The translations under genes were made by a program, and so were the position numbers. This document shows positions 1 to 12,127 of a DNA stretch of 64,000 nt, in pieces. The notes below the pieces were generated by a model that did not search any database, was not told the DNA's origin, and saw only the letters and a program-made list of their open reading frames with translations. How positions within the stretch are numbered: position 1 is the first letter of the stretch; each line of letters opens with the position of its first letter. The stretch comes from Sphaerodactylus townsendi (taxonomy: Eukaryota), in the NCBI RefSeq assembly GCF_021028975.2, contig NC_059438.1, positions 3,658,001 to 3,722,000 on the forward strand, given 5' to 3'.

Positions 1-429
1 ACGTACACAAATATTCAAAACTGGGCAAGAAATTCAGGGTCCTTTTAGGATTACAAAAGTGATCAATGATGTTACTGCCCGCTTAGAACCAGCTCTACCA
101 ACTCCTTAAGTAATATTCATCCTGTCTTTCATTCCAGTTTGCTCAAGGAGGCTCCTGCTCTGTGCCTGGTAACGACCCTCCGGAGACACCCCCAACGACT
201 ATAATTGATGGACACAAGCACCATGAAATAGACGCTTATTCTGGACTCTCGCTTTAATCGCAATCAAGCAGGCCATTTGGCTTCTTGGGTGGGGTATTCT
301 CCTCCGGCTATAATCAATGTATGTATTCAGAAAACATCGATGCCCCCCCTCCCCTGATTTCCTGCGTTTCATCGTGGCCTTCCGGGCCAGAAACCGGGGG
401 GGAAGGGTTTTCTGTTAGGAGAAGCAGAA
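1..429 (+). mobile_element. Ty3/Gypsy (chromovirus-type) LTR retrotransposon, 3' end of pol: integrase C-terminus + chromodomain, frameshifted; polypurine tract before the LTR
   Basis: Piecing frames gives KLGKK..GPFRITKVINDVTARLE..NIHPVFHSSLLKEAP (GPF/Y and HPVFH motifs), then HEID..ILDSRFNRNQ..LASWVGYS..SENIDAP (chromodomain-like). A purine-rich tract at ~396-429 abuts TG at 430. Confidence 0.9.
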
Positions 430-760
430 TGTAAAGATCTCAGCGGTGCTGATTCTCTTCTGACAGCCTGCTTGGCCTTGACTGAATTCCTTGGCACGGG
501 CGGCGGGCCAGAATCCGCTGCAACCACACTGTTAGAGGGCTTATCTTATGGTGCAAGATGAGCATTCCATTCCGTTCCCATGAGAATGAGACTGGGACTG
601 GAGACACCGGGAGGGGGATGGGACAGGGGATGTTATAACCTGCAGTTTAGGCGGGAGGTCCCATTCCTGTCATGTCATGTGTGTGTGCTTTCCAGGATGT
701 CTGAATAAACGGACTTATAATCAAAAGCCTTTTTATTTCTGCTCTTTGGAATTCCTTACA
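430..760 (+). mobile_element. 3' LTR of the Gypsy element (331 bp)
   Basis: Starts TGTAA directly after the PPT and ends TTACA (terminal inverted repeat). TATA-like TTATAA at ~633 and AATAAA at 704-709. Confidence 0.85.
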
Positions 761-871
761 CCCAGCAGGTTCCATGTGTGGGAATGGAGAAACAAACCTA
801 TCTCCAAGAAACCTGCACTCTTCCTGCCCTCGTCAGTTACAGCAAGTCCTCAAATATTTGATCTAATTATT

Positions 872-1263
872 CAATTCAATGCCTTTTATTAGCATGGTAG
901 AACAACAACATATATAAATAGTTTAAATGACTGGTTAGAAATAGAACAGCAGCAACAGTCAAATAAAGACAATAGCTATTGTTCTAAAATAATGGCCAGG
1001 AAGGAAGCAACTGCACAAGTAACATCAAAAGAATGGTCCTGTAAAAGAAAATGTACAGCATAAGTAGAGCTTTGTATTTTCCTTGCCAGTAAAAAAGGGT
1101 GAATCAGACTTGATCGTACATCAGCATTTAAGTCACATTCACGGAGAATATGGGTCAGGGAGTCAAGTGAGCCACAATGACAGAACCTTTGATGTTTCGG
1201 GATTTTTTTGTATCTGCCCGATGTCACAGCTGAAGGAAAGCTATTAAATCGGGCCAACATAAA
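872..1263 (-). mobile_element. 5'-truncated RTE-X-like LINE (ORF2 C-terminus with Cys/His knuckle + 3' UTR)
   Basis: ORF 976-1260: LARFNSFPSAVTSGRY..RFCHC..HILREC. On the minus strand AATAAA is followed by an (ATTGA)n tail. 12-bp TSD GATCTAATTATT at 860-871 and 1264-1275. Confidence 0.8.
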
Positions 1264-1482
1264 GATCTAATTATTATAATTTCCAACCAAACCAATCACT
1301 GGGGAGCAGATTTTTTAAAAGGTCTCTCTCTAAGCCAGGCATGAAGGGGTTGGGTCTCCCAGAGCCGCCGCTATCCGGCAGAAAAGCAATTCTTAGAGCT
1401 AATCCCACACCTGGTCTAGTGTCAGATGGGCAGGTGGGGCAGCATCCAAAGGAGAAGCAGAGCTATATACAAAGAGCTCCCC

Positions 1483-1677
1483 CTGGGTTTCCAATCTCCA
1501 GGTGATGACTGGAGATCTCCTGGAATTACAACTGATCTCCAGGAGACAGACGTCAGTTCACTTGGAGGAAATGGCTGCATTAGAAGGTGGAGTCAACGAC
1601 ATTATACCCCATTGAAGGACCTCCTTTCCCAAACTCCAAAATCTCCAGATATTTCCAATTTGAAGCTGGCAACTTTA
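1483..1677 (+). mobile_element. hAT-like MITE of the 'AGGGTTGCCA...TGGCAACCCT' family, decayed (other copies ~1720-2305 split by a SINE, ~3570-3802, ~6348-6563, ~46377-46535, ~51763-51977)
   Basis: Shared core GGAGATCTCCTGGAATTACAACTGATCTCCAG...GGAGAAAATGGCTGC recurs about 6 times on both strands with degenerate TIR-like ends. No TSD is visible. Confidence 0.6.
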
Positions 1678-1866
1678 TCCTTCCTCCCAGCTCTCCATGA
1701 TCGACCTGTCTGCCTATATGGATTTGCCTAACATTGCCCACGCAAAGGTGAGGTCTGGAGATCTCCTGAAATTACAGTTGACCTCTAGAAAGCAGAGATC
1801 GGTTTCCCTGGAGAAAGCAGCTGCTTTTGAGGAAAAACTCTATGGCATTATAGCATTATACCTCAT

Positions 1867-2217
1867 CCAGTGTGGTTGTAGTGGTTAAGAGCAGGTGGAC
1901 TCTAATCTGGAGGACCACATGAGCAGCAGACTCTAATCTGGTGAACCAGATTTGTTTCCCCACTCCTCCACATGAAGCCTCTTGGTGACCTTAGGCTAGT
2001 CATAGTTCTCACAGAATTGTCCCAGCCCCATCTACTTCACAAGATGTGTGTTGTGGGGAGAGAAGGGAAAGGAGTTTGTAAGCTGCTTTGAGACTCCTTA
2101 TGATTGAGAAAATTGGGGTATAAATCCAAATTATTCTTCTTCTTCTTCTTCTTCTTCTTCTTCTTCTTCTTCTTCTTCTTCTTCTTCTTCTTCTTCTTCT
2201 TCTTCTTCTTCTTCTTC
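1867..2217 (+). mobile_element. MIR/CORE-derived tRNA SINE (Squam3-like) with expanded (TTC)n tail
   Basis: tRNA-like head GTGGTTAAGAGC..., CORE GGTGACCTTAGGCTAGTCA, 3' GGTATAAATCCAAA and a (TTC)n tail at ~2134-2217. Inserted inside a MITE. Confidence 0.85.
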
Positions 2218-5039
2218 ATAAAATTCCCTTTCTCCTTAAAGCTCTCTTCATCAGAATCCAACCCCAAACCAATAGGAATTTCCTAAATCAGAATTGGCAA
2301 TCATACAAAGACCCCATACATTTGTATGGAAAAACCAAAAAAACTATGGAAATAGATTAAAATCACATGTTCAGCAATGGATTGATGAAATCAAAACCGA
2401 ATTTATAGTCAAAACAGCAGGGATTAGAAATTCAAAAGATCTCTGGCTAGGAGGGCAAATTTGACCCCTCAGCCAATAACTGGGCTACTTTTCTACATGC
2501 TTTTATGATTTTAGTGCATCAACTGCTCCCCCCTATGGCAGCCATTTCTGGGGGTACAAAGAATGATTATATGGGAGAAGTCGGGGTGAAGATTCTGTCA
2601 TGGTCACATTTCCCAGAAAAACAAATTAAGGCAGAAAACCATTTAAATTCCTTGGATATTTCTTTTCCCATCAGCAGCCGAATTTATATACCTCAGAAAC
2701 TAATATAACTCTTTGATGGGAATTGCTTATTTTCTGTTGACAGCTTTTTAGTGAAAAAGATAGAAATCAGATTGAATTTCAACAGTGAGAAATGGAGAGC
2801 GGCTTCTACCAGCAGGAAGCTCAAGGCTTCTAATTTTGCCTCAGTGAGCAAAAGATGGAACAACACTATCTCCCTCATATGTCTCTTCAAAAAAAAAAAA
2901 GAAAAGAGAAAAAAGAAAGAGAATCCCTAAGTAGTTATGGGAGAAAACAAAACAAAACCTCAAGGTTTACAATTCTTCCCCTCCTCCCCATCAAGGACTC
3001 TGGATTGTAGCTCAGTTTCACTATGCAGGATGGAAGTCCTTAGAACTAAATGATGGACGAGAAATATATTCCAAAACTCATCTGTAATGTGAAAATATTG
3101 AGCTGGTGGTAAAGGAAGGAAGGGTCCTCTTTGACTGCCAAAAAATGCTATGCTATGCTGAGGATCATGGAGCCTGCATGGAAAAAAAACTATATGGGCA
3201 GTAAACTGTTGGCCCACTACAGCTCAGTGGAAAGGGGTGGGAAAGCAATTGGTATCCCATGGGTGCCATGATGCCATGATGTCACTTCTGGTGTGACCCA
3301 GAAGTGAAATCATTGCTTTGGGTGGTGCTTTAGCATTCAGCCAAAATTCTATGGTTAGAACATCAATGTGATGTCACCACATTGGCAATGGTGCCACAAT
3401 CTTGTTGGTGATGATCCTCTCATAGTATATCTCCTTTTGATTGCCAGACTAGCAGTAAAAATGGATAAACATGTGAGATCAAGTTAAAAACAAGAGTGGA
3501 TTTAACCCAATGTAACTGAAATGCTGGATTTTTTTTCATTTATTAACTGGTTATATCCTACCATAGCACTATGGAGCCTCTCTCTTGTGGGAGGAAAAAG
3601 TCCTCCATCAGGAAAAGCTTCCATGGTATGAGTGATTCAAGCATGGATCTTCTAGATACTAGTCTGATACTCTTAACCATTATACTCTTAACATTACTGT
3701 GTAGCATCACTTCCCCAATGAGTTCTCTCCCCAGATTTTGCCCTCTTCAAGAACAGCTCCCAAATCTCAAGGAATTTCCAAAGCCTGAACTGGCAACTCT
3801 ACATTTACCAATTCTAAATTACTTATACTTTGGTAAGACCACTACAATGCATTTCTTCAGTACATAGTGCTATATATGGATTTTCATATATTCACTATGT
3901 AATTCTTTTTTATGTAATAATTTATATGTTGTCAGTAATTTGAGTTCTGTAATTTTTGCCATTGGTTTCATATATATATGCATACAATATAACCACACAC
4001 ACACACACAATACCTACAATGATTTATAAAAGCACAACATTGATAAAAAATGGTATGTTCATTTCTTACTTAGGAGAAGCAAAATCAAAATGTGTATCTT
4101 TTTGCCATAGCAAACTGAGATGAGTAGTTTGAATTCCTCACAGTCCTGTTTGCTGTCAGAAAGCAACTTACCTCTGAAGGGAGAGACAACAATGCACAGA
4201 GAAAATCTCAGCACATGTTCATCATGTATGGCGTAGTTTAACTGCAAGCAAAATGCCCTTAAGACATCTCAGTCCTGTAACTTAACTGTTAAATAAATGT
4301 GTAGTGTGTGAGACTTTGCTACATTAAGAAAAGTGCTAAGATTGTGTATACAGAAGACGTTTCTTTTTTTTTTAGACGTCTAAGAAAACTTTTTATTGTC
4401 TTTTTCATTCTTGGAGTTGGGCAGCCCAGCTCAGATTGGAGGGAACTCCATGGTGGCTGGGGATGGTGTGAGACTCCAGTGACAAAAGTGATGTATGCCA
4501 AGTGTTTTTATGGTGTAAGTTACAGGCCTGCACCAGGACCAAAGCCCTGGTGGAAGTCAAATACTGTTGGCTCCACCCCCTGGAACACCCCTTGCCTGCC
4601 TCCAGTTATCCCGGCATCCTCCTTTATGCTCACACAACTATGGGTGGAGACTTCTTCCAGGTATGTGCCACTTTCACTGGTTGGGTGGGCAAATGCATTG
4701 ACATGGGCCTGTGCCACTCCCATAGCCCATTCCACCCCCACCCCCAATCTGAATCATAGCAAAGATCCTCATAGCCCAACCTCCTTCTCAGTGCAGGCAA
4801 TTCAAACTAGAATAATCTGACAAATATCCAATCTCTATTTGAAAAGCTCCAGGAAGGGAGTCCAACCAGAAGCACACCAGAAGCAAACTAGGCTCAGGAA
4901 AAACCCATTTGAAAGTACCCTTAATCAGCTCTGCAGATTAAAAATTGTCCTGGACTGCTGTTTTCATTGATTCATATATTCATTAAGCTAAAGAAAGGGT
5001 GCAGCCAATCATAAGACTGAATTCATCCCACACTCATCT

Positions 5040-5600
5040 TGTACTGAACCCCGCACAAGTTTTTTTTCTCTTCCAACCTATCTGCAACCCAAGTCGTTAA
5101 GCGTGTGAAGAAATTAGTCTATGTTGATTTCAAGAAGACATTTTTCATCCACCACTTTTTATGCCATATTCTATTTTGTCCAAATAATGTATGATCCAGT
5201 CTAGGTCTCTCCAGTATCCTTCCCTCTCCATCAGATTACCCTAATGCTTTCTCCCATAAAGAATAATCACAAACCATATTACATTAATTCCTCTCTGACC
5301 CATTACGTCTTCCCGCTGCGTTTTCTGTTATTACTTCTCCAGCTTTTCTCTCACAGCCTTTAGACTTTATTATCTTCCATCTTTATCATATTGTTTTACT
5401 TCTTTTCATTGCGTCGTTCTTCCTGTTGAATCATTCTATCACCTTGGTTTTCACACTCTAGACTGCCATGGTTGCTTCGCAACACAACCCCGATGAAAGA
5501 AGTATCTCTCTAATCTAATCTAACCTTCACTTTATAATCATATATCTTTCCCTCTCTTGATACATTGTTAATATTGTCTCGGTTGTGAAAATATAGCTTC
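5040..5600 (-). mobile_element. Possible highly degraded or noisy RTE-type LINE 3' fragment
   Basis: The minus strand shows only broken remnants resembling RTE C-terminal motifs (CE..W, RW.D.K, EG..RPR..YLDKI). No intact frame. Confidence 0.35.
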
Positions 5601-5884
5601 TGTTCTCATAAAATCTTGGTTAGCTGAGAAAACAGAAATAAAATAAAATATCCAAGCTAAAATATAGTAGCAAAGTACATTGTAGGCCAGAATATGATAT
5701 ATATGCATTTGCTTCTGTTTTGCTGCTCAGTGTTACATATGTCTTATGTGGAAACCTTGTATGACGCTGGTCTGACCTGTACTACCGTGAACACATAAAA
5801 GCTGTCATGCTCAGATCATTGGCCCTATTCGCCTAGCATTTGTAATGTTCCTTTCTGCTTGCAAGTCAAGTTTAGGGTATTAAA

Positions 5885-6172
5885 GTATGGTGCAGTGGTT
5901 AAGAGCAGGCGGGCTCTAATCTGGAGAACCAGGTTTGATTTCCCACTCCACCAAATGAGCAGCACACTCTTATCCAGCAAACTGGATTTGTTTCCCTGCT
6001 CCTATGCATGAAGCCTGCTGGGTGACCTGGGACTTGTCACAGCTCTCTCTGGATTCCCATCTATCTCACAGGGTGTCTGTTATGGGGAGGGGAAGAAAGG
6101 TGATTGTAAGCTGCATTGAGAATCCTTAAAGATAAAGAAAAGTGGGGTATAAATCCAAATTATTACTCTTCT
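5885..6172 (+). mobile_element. Squam3-like CORE SINE
   Basis: Same head, CORE and GGTATAAATCCAAA tail as 1867-2217. Confidence 0.85.
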
Positions 6173-6876
6173 ACTCACTCAGGTTTCTACTCTCAGGTTC
6201 ATACTGATGATACAAGGGTGCTCTCAAGAATATCTAATTTATTAACAAGGAGTGGCTTCTGAATGGCCCATGCCTTTAAAACATCCCTTTACGGTATTGT
6301 AAACCTCTTTTAACATGATCCTCGAAGAAGAAAAAACTTTGCTTTATTTTGCCAGATCTGGGTTAGGAAACACCTGAAAATTGGGTGGGGGGTGGTGTCT
6401 GAGGACAGCAGGGTTTGGGGAGAGGAGGGGCTTCAATGGTGTACGATGCCATAGAGTCCTCCTTCCTCAGGGGCCATTTTCTTCAGGTGAACTGACCTCT
6501 GTAACCTGGAGATCAGTTGTAATAGCAGGAGATCTCTGGCTACCACCTGGAGGTTGGTAACCTTGGTGCTGGCTGTGGCTGGTTAAGGCCTAGCACAGCT
6601 CCAACCTGGTCATGCCTGTGATCTAGTAAAGTTCTGTTCTGTTTTGGTACAGGGTGCTGTGGAGTCACTACAGATCCCATGCTACACCAGTTCCCATTAA
6701 AGATATGACTATTATGTCAATACCTTTTGGATGGTCATTTTTGTGGGCAGGGATGAGCCTCAGTGCTAAAATCTTCACAGGAATAGAAGAGGTAAGTGGC
6801 ACAGAGTTAGCCATTCGTTATTAGTGGTTTCAGTTAAGGGTTAGCTTCAGTAGCATTTTCCTGATTGCTGGGTATC

Positions 6877-7024
6877 GGCTGGCATCTTCAGAGGATCCTC
6901 TGAAGATGCCAGCCACAGATGCAGGCGAAACGTCAGGAGAGAATGCTGCTAGAACACAGCCATACAGCCCGGAAACCACACAGCACCCAAGTGATTCCGG
7001 CCGTGAAAGCCTTCGATAATACAT
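6877..7024 (+). mobile_element. Penelope-like element terminal (pLTR) fragment with a short inverted 5' duplication
   Basis: Near-identical to the reverse complement of 54421-54511, which is linked to a GIY-YIG ORF end. Starts with a perfect 38-bp palindrome at 6877-6914. Confidence 0.85.
6896..6938 (+). ncRNA. Minimal type I hammerhead ribozyme motif
   Basis: Stem I TCCT (6896-6899)/AGGA (6935-6938); core CTGAAGA (6900-6906); stem II GCC..GGC; GAAAC (6927-6931); GTC cleavage triplet (6932-6934). Stem III is reduced to the palindrome ACGT. Confidence 0.8.
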
Positions 7025-7219
7025 CTCTAATACTGTTCTGTAACTGGTATATTTTTGAGGTTGTGTTGACTTATTTACAGGAGTGAAGGTGGCACAGTAT
7101 TTAGCCTGATCTTGTCAGCTCTCTCATTGGGAGAAAACCAAAAAAGTCAATGGCAATCGTAAGTCAGTTGTGCCTTGATGGCACTTAATATACATAAATT
7201 TATGGGCAGCCCAAACCAG

Positions 7220-7524
7220 AGGGATGTTACTTAGAGGAAGGTAGGGAGCTGTTCCTGTTGGCGGCCGAAGACTGGACTTGCAATAACAGGTGTAAATTAC
7301 AGGCAGAAAGGTTCCAACTGGACATTGGGTGTGTGTGTGGGGGGACGGGATTACTGCAAGAATAGGTCAGCAGTGGAATCAGCTGCCTAGGGAGGTGGTG
7401 AACTCCCTGTCACTAGCACTCTTTAAGCAGTGGCTGGACAAACACTTTTCTGGGATGCTCCTCCATTAAGCAGGATGTTGGCCTAGATGACCTGTATGGC
7501 CCCTTCCAATTCTATGATTCTATG
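7220..7524 (+). mobile_element. CR1 LINE 3' fragment
   Basis: Contains CAGTGGAATCAGCTGCCTAGGGAGGTGGTG (WNQLPREVV) and the terminal CCCTTCCAATTCTATGATTCTATG octamer repeat. Confidence 0.85.
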
Positions 7525-8689
7525 TAGCCCCCACCCCACCCCACCCACCCACCCACCCACACACAGCCTGAGTACTTTAATACTATTATCAGTTTTATTA
7601 TAGAGCTATGATATTTTCATATGTAATATATTGATACTTCTGTATGCCATCCTGAACACGATTGTGGTGAGAAATGAGCAGGGTACAAATGCAATAAAAT
7701 AAAATAAATAAAAATCCCATGGGGCAGCATTTCCCATTACCACATGGTTGTGCTAGAAATAGCTCAGCCTGTTGGATTTTTGCCTGTTCTGCAGCTATTT
7801 AAAAGCACACTGTCTCTTGTAGGTTTTTTTTTTAAAAAAAGGCCTGAAATGTAGCAGACAGATATAATACAAGCCAGCTCCCTCATACATCTTACTTAAG
7901 GTATATCCAATAATTCATATTGCTGGTCCCTTGAATTAATGTCCCATTGACCGTAGTGCAAGAGAAAGCCAAGAGAGATAGGGCACATAGTAAAACAAAA
8001 GCAGCAGATTCAGGTGATCCATTTTTCAAACTTAGCCAGGCTGGCTTCAAGGAGAAGGCAAGGCTTTTCTCAAAAAACAGGGTTTCCTTCCTCCCCACCC
8101 CCCAGGTTCACTTGCCTCTCCTTTTAATTAAAATGCTGACAATCAAGGATAAGGAGAACAAAATACAAAGGTAATTTTGCACAGAAAAACATATTTCATC
8201 AGAGCTTAAGCTTTTACTGGTTTCTTCAGCTATCAGATCATCTGACAGGCTTATGGAGGGTGGGGGGGATGATATGAATTTCAAATCTCTTGCCATTCCC
8301 CAAGGAAACTCTAACTTGTGCTGTTGTAGCCTACTGAGCTGACGGAAAGCAACAACAAAGGAAGGTAATGAAAACAGGGAGAAGAAAACAAAGAGAAGAG
8401 AAGAAGGCACAGATTTACTAACCCAGCCTTTAAAAAAATGTTTTTAAAAAGGAAAGAAAAATCAGGCTGAGAGAACCCAGGTAGCTTGGGATGTGTCTAA
8501 GCGCTAAGATCTTCAGGCTAGAACCTGGTAAGGCTCCATTGGCCTTCTTGAACCACCTGATCCTTGAATTAGTTATTATAGGTGAAGATAGTCCCCTGCG
8601 CAAGTATTTATTTATTTATTTTATTAAATGTAATATACCGCCCACCCCAGAAGGCAGTATACAACAATAAAATACAAAAAGTTAGGGTT

Positions 8690-9380
8690 GACAGGTAATC
8701 TCCCAAACTACTGGACCGATTGCTTTGAAATTTTCACACAACGTCGCATTCACGTGCGGCCAGGTTTCCATACTGTTTCTACACCTCCTGTTGTGTACAT
8801 GTCACAACTGTGCCAGTTGTTGTGTACATGCCACACCTGTGACAGTTGGAACCACAGTTCTGTTCCGCAACAGCGCCATCTGCTGGCTGTCAAAGCAACA
8901 CCCTCTGATACAAGGGAACCAACTATGCCTTCCTTGAAAACCACTACGTTATGGAGTGAAAGGGATGGGGCAGGCCATCTGCACATGGCCCACCCACCCT
9001 AGCGGAGGAAGGGGAAGGTGAGGGAGGGTCCAGGGGTTTGCTGGACCAAACGCTCTGAAATTTGAACACAACATAGCTCATGCCTCCCAGGGTGTTTTAC
9101 GCTAGATAATTCGCCTGCAAGGGAAGGGAGTGAAAGGGACAGGACCAGCCACCTGCACATGGCCCACCCACCCTAGCAGAGGAAGGGGAACATTAGGGAT
9201 GGACTGGCTGGGTTGCCATGCAAGGGAACGGGAGAGAGGGAGGGGAGTGAGGGGCCCCTTGCCCCTCCCCTCCCTTGCAATCATTGTGCAATGACACATG
9301 TTCGAACCGTTCGCTTCCCCTTTTCTTTCTTTTCCACTTCACCAGACTCAGCCACAGCAACGCGTGGCCGGGCCCGCTAG
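8690..9380 (+). mobile_element. Non-autonomous Helitron (5' end not resolved)
   Basis: Ends with hairpin GCCAC-agcaacgc-GTGGC (9351-9368), then CTAG (9377-9380) followed by T. 5' part has the ACTGGACCGATTGCTTTGAAATTTT motif resembling Helitron MITEs. Internal ~29-bp and ~45-bp direct repeats. No TSD. Confidence 0.7.
8871..8887 (-). promoter_or_regulatory. CTCF core motif inside the Helitron
   Basis: Minus strand reads GCCAGCAGATGGCGCTG, matching the CCASYAGRKGGCRS consensus. Binding not shown. Confidence 0.5.
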
Positions 9381-11993
9381 TTCTATATATACACGGAACA
9401 GATTTAATCCCAGAAAACATTCAAACAACAAATAAACAGAGGGCTCCCTGTGAAACAACAGACTATATTGTGCTCTTATGTCTTAATTAGGTCATCACAG
9501 ATTCCAGATGGTTTTGTATCGAAGGATATTGATTGGCATGGGACATTTTACTCTTTCCTTTCAATTGTTTACATGGCTAGGGAGCCCAAGAGGATTTTTG
9601 CCATGCACCACAATCCAGGACAGAGTCAGATATCTTTAAACCCATGGATTCAATCGCTGGTACCTTTCAGCATCTGTATAAATGACTTCTGGGACTCATT
9701 TTCAACTAATTTGATGTATTTATGAGCCCTTCGGGAAGCAGCCTCAGAAATAATGGAAGTTTGCTCTTTTGGAATTTTAATTGATCAGTCAGTGCAGTGG
9801 CAAACAAAATGAAAAGGCACATTAACTCAACTGAAGTATCATGGCAGATGACCAGAACAGTTGTAATAGCAAATATATAGCTTTCCTTCATTTCCTTTAC
9901 TGTTCCTTTACTATTCCAGAATTTCATTCAGAATTTCACTTTTTTCTATGGTTTAGCCCTCTTTATTCTGGAGAATGTTAGAAAAAAAATTCTAAATTAG
10001 AATGTGGGTAGCTTGCCACAGCTTCCAGTCTATGTGCATTTCTCTTCAATGTACATTGATTAAAAAAACTGCAAAAAGCAATCTTGATATGATCACATGT
10101 ATGATTCTGTCGAGAATCTTTTTTTTTACTGGAGGTGTACAGACATGAACATGTACTTCTGTGCTCTGTAAAAACCAAAAGCCACACCAGGAAAAAAAAA
10201 TTAAGATAGCTGTACAGACAATCACACCCGAGTTTGTTCTTGTACAGTGTTTTACCTATTTGAACCTGTTCATAAGTAATGTGAGAAGGTGATATCAATG
10301 GCAAAATGGAAGTGAGGACATGCAAAGTATTCCTTCCATTCCACTTGAGGATCAAAACAAGGTCATTTGGGATTCCAAAGTTTGTCAAGAATTACACTGC
10401 ATCGCATTGAAGAAAGATCCCTAATTCAAAATGTTTTCTTTATATTAACCAACTATCATAAAGGTGTTGCTGTACATGAGAACGTGTGTCGAAAAATGAT
10501 TGCCTGATATGAGCAGACAGGGAAGTTCAATTGACTCACTTCCTGTTCTCTGCACTGAATTCTTTGCAATATTCAATAAGACTTTTTCTTTGCATCACCA
10601 TCCAATGCTTTGAAACATATTTCTAAACAAATATGGGTTCAAACTTTCCTTTGAAAAGTTGAGCCATCCAAACAAATGATAATTACCTTTGTTTATATTT
10701 CCTTCTAAGTGTTCTGTCACCAGGGATGCATATCTATATAACTTCAGAAGCATATTACCAATCACTTGCCAAATCCCTGGTATTATTTTGCCATCTTATT
10801 CACATCCTTTCTACTACACATGAAAAGGGCATTAGTTCTTTTCCATTTGTGTCTGAGGTTCCCTCCTCTTGCATATAGCTATTTTCCTTGTTCTAGCATC
10901 TCCTTTTTTATGTGTTGATCCACAAAAAAAGATATGCAACTGAAATCGAGATGAAGGATACAGTTTTTCTTTTTCATGATGGAGCAGTGAGCTGTGTAAA
11001 CTAGCCATCATAGAATATTGTTAAAAGGTCCCTTTCATTGTTTTTTAAAAAAGATACGTTTATCATTCCTCAAGTAGGCACCTTTTATTGTTTAAGGGGA
11101 CAGAGAGCTAACTGTCTATCAAGATATTTATCAGGCTGTTTCAGAGATGGAACCTTTATAACAGCATTTTGGTTAGATTTAAGAAACTTTGTCAGCTGTC
11201 TAAATGAGGCTTTTTTGTTTAGAGATCGGTACAAATCTTCCGATTGTCTGCGCCTCCCTAATAGGCACAGATTTTAGATCAACTTTGCAACCCCCTAAGG
11301 CGTCATGTACCAGTGAAGAACGTGAAGGCAACTTAGTTTTTGTCACAATCTGATCAAATATCAAGCCATATTAAAGGAAACCTTTTTCCCTCAATCACAG
11401 GTGCGCAATAGATGGATGACTGACAACTTGATGTCGCTTCTTTGATCAGGTGGCTCCCTTGCCATTTGGGAGATGTACTTTCATAAATGAGCTGCAGTTT
11501 CTTGCCTGCTGAGTGAAGATCAGAACGGGCTGTGTTTTGAAAGCAGAATTCCCATTTCCTGATTCACAAAGGACTGTCGCAAGGTATGAACAGCTATCCT
11601 TCATGTATCCTCTGGGAGACCAGGTGGGAGAGACACACATTCACACCTCAGAGCCAAAGCCCTGCAGGAAAAAGGTAATAATGAAGCCTGCCTTGCTTTG
11701 CCATCAATTTGCCACATAGTTATTGCATTGTTTCCACATGCCATCACCTGGGAGCCAAACTTTGCAATTCCAGCATCTTTACCTGATGAACGGGACCAGG
11801 GGTGGGGGGAATTAGTGCAGGCATGTTTCAAACAAGAGCGGTTTGTATGAGTTTACAGCCATATACTTTCGTTGAGCAAAACTAAAGAAATGGCAGTCCT
11901 TAACGATTTTCATGGCTGCCAGTATGTTTAGATAAGAAGTTTTTTTACACATGTGCAGTTCTGACAACACCCACAAGAGCACCTGAAGCTGCC

Positions 11994-12127
11994 GAGGTTG
12001 CTTCCGGTTGGCGTGCCGAGCGGCCGCTCTTTGTTGAGCTCCTCCACCTTTTAAAGATAAGTTTTAAATTTTTTCCCACCCTTTGTAGTTTTTATCTTTT
12101 AGTATTTAGCATTTTCTTTTTAACCTA
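11994..12127. mobile_element. Unclassified 134-bp insertion with 13-bp TSD at the tail of a SINE
   Basis: ACCTGAAGCTGCC at 11981-11993 and 12128-12140. CpG-rich head (CTTCCGG, GCGGCCGC) followed by a T-rich part. Confidence 0.6.

Noticed and set aside
2037-2286. Poly-Lys / poly-Phe ORFs
   Set aside because: Translations of the (TTC)n SINE tail.
4308-4820. 170-aa ORF
   Set aside because: No recognisable motifs, non-ATG start and no convincing splice context. Probably chance or decayed repeat.
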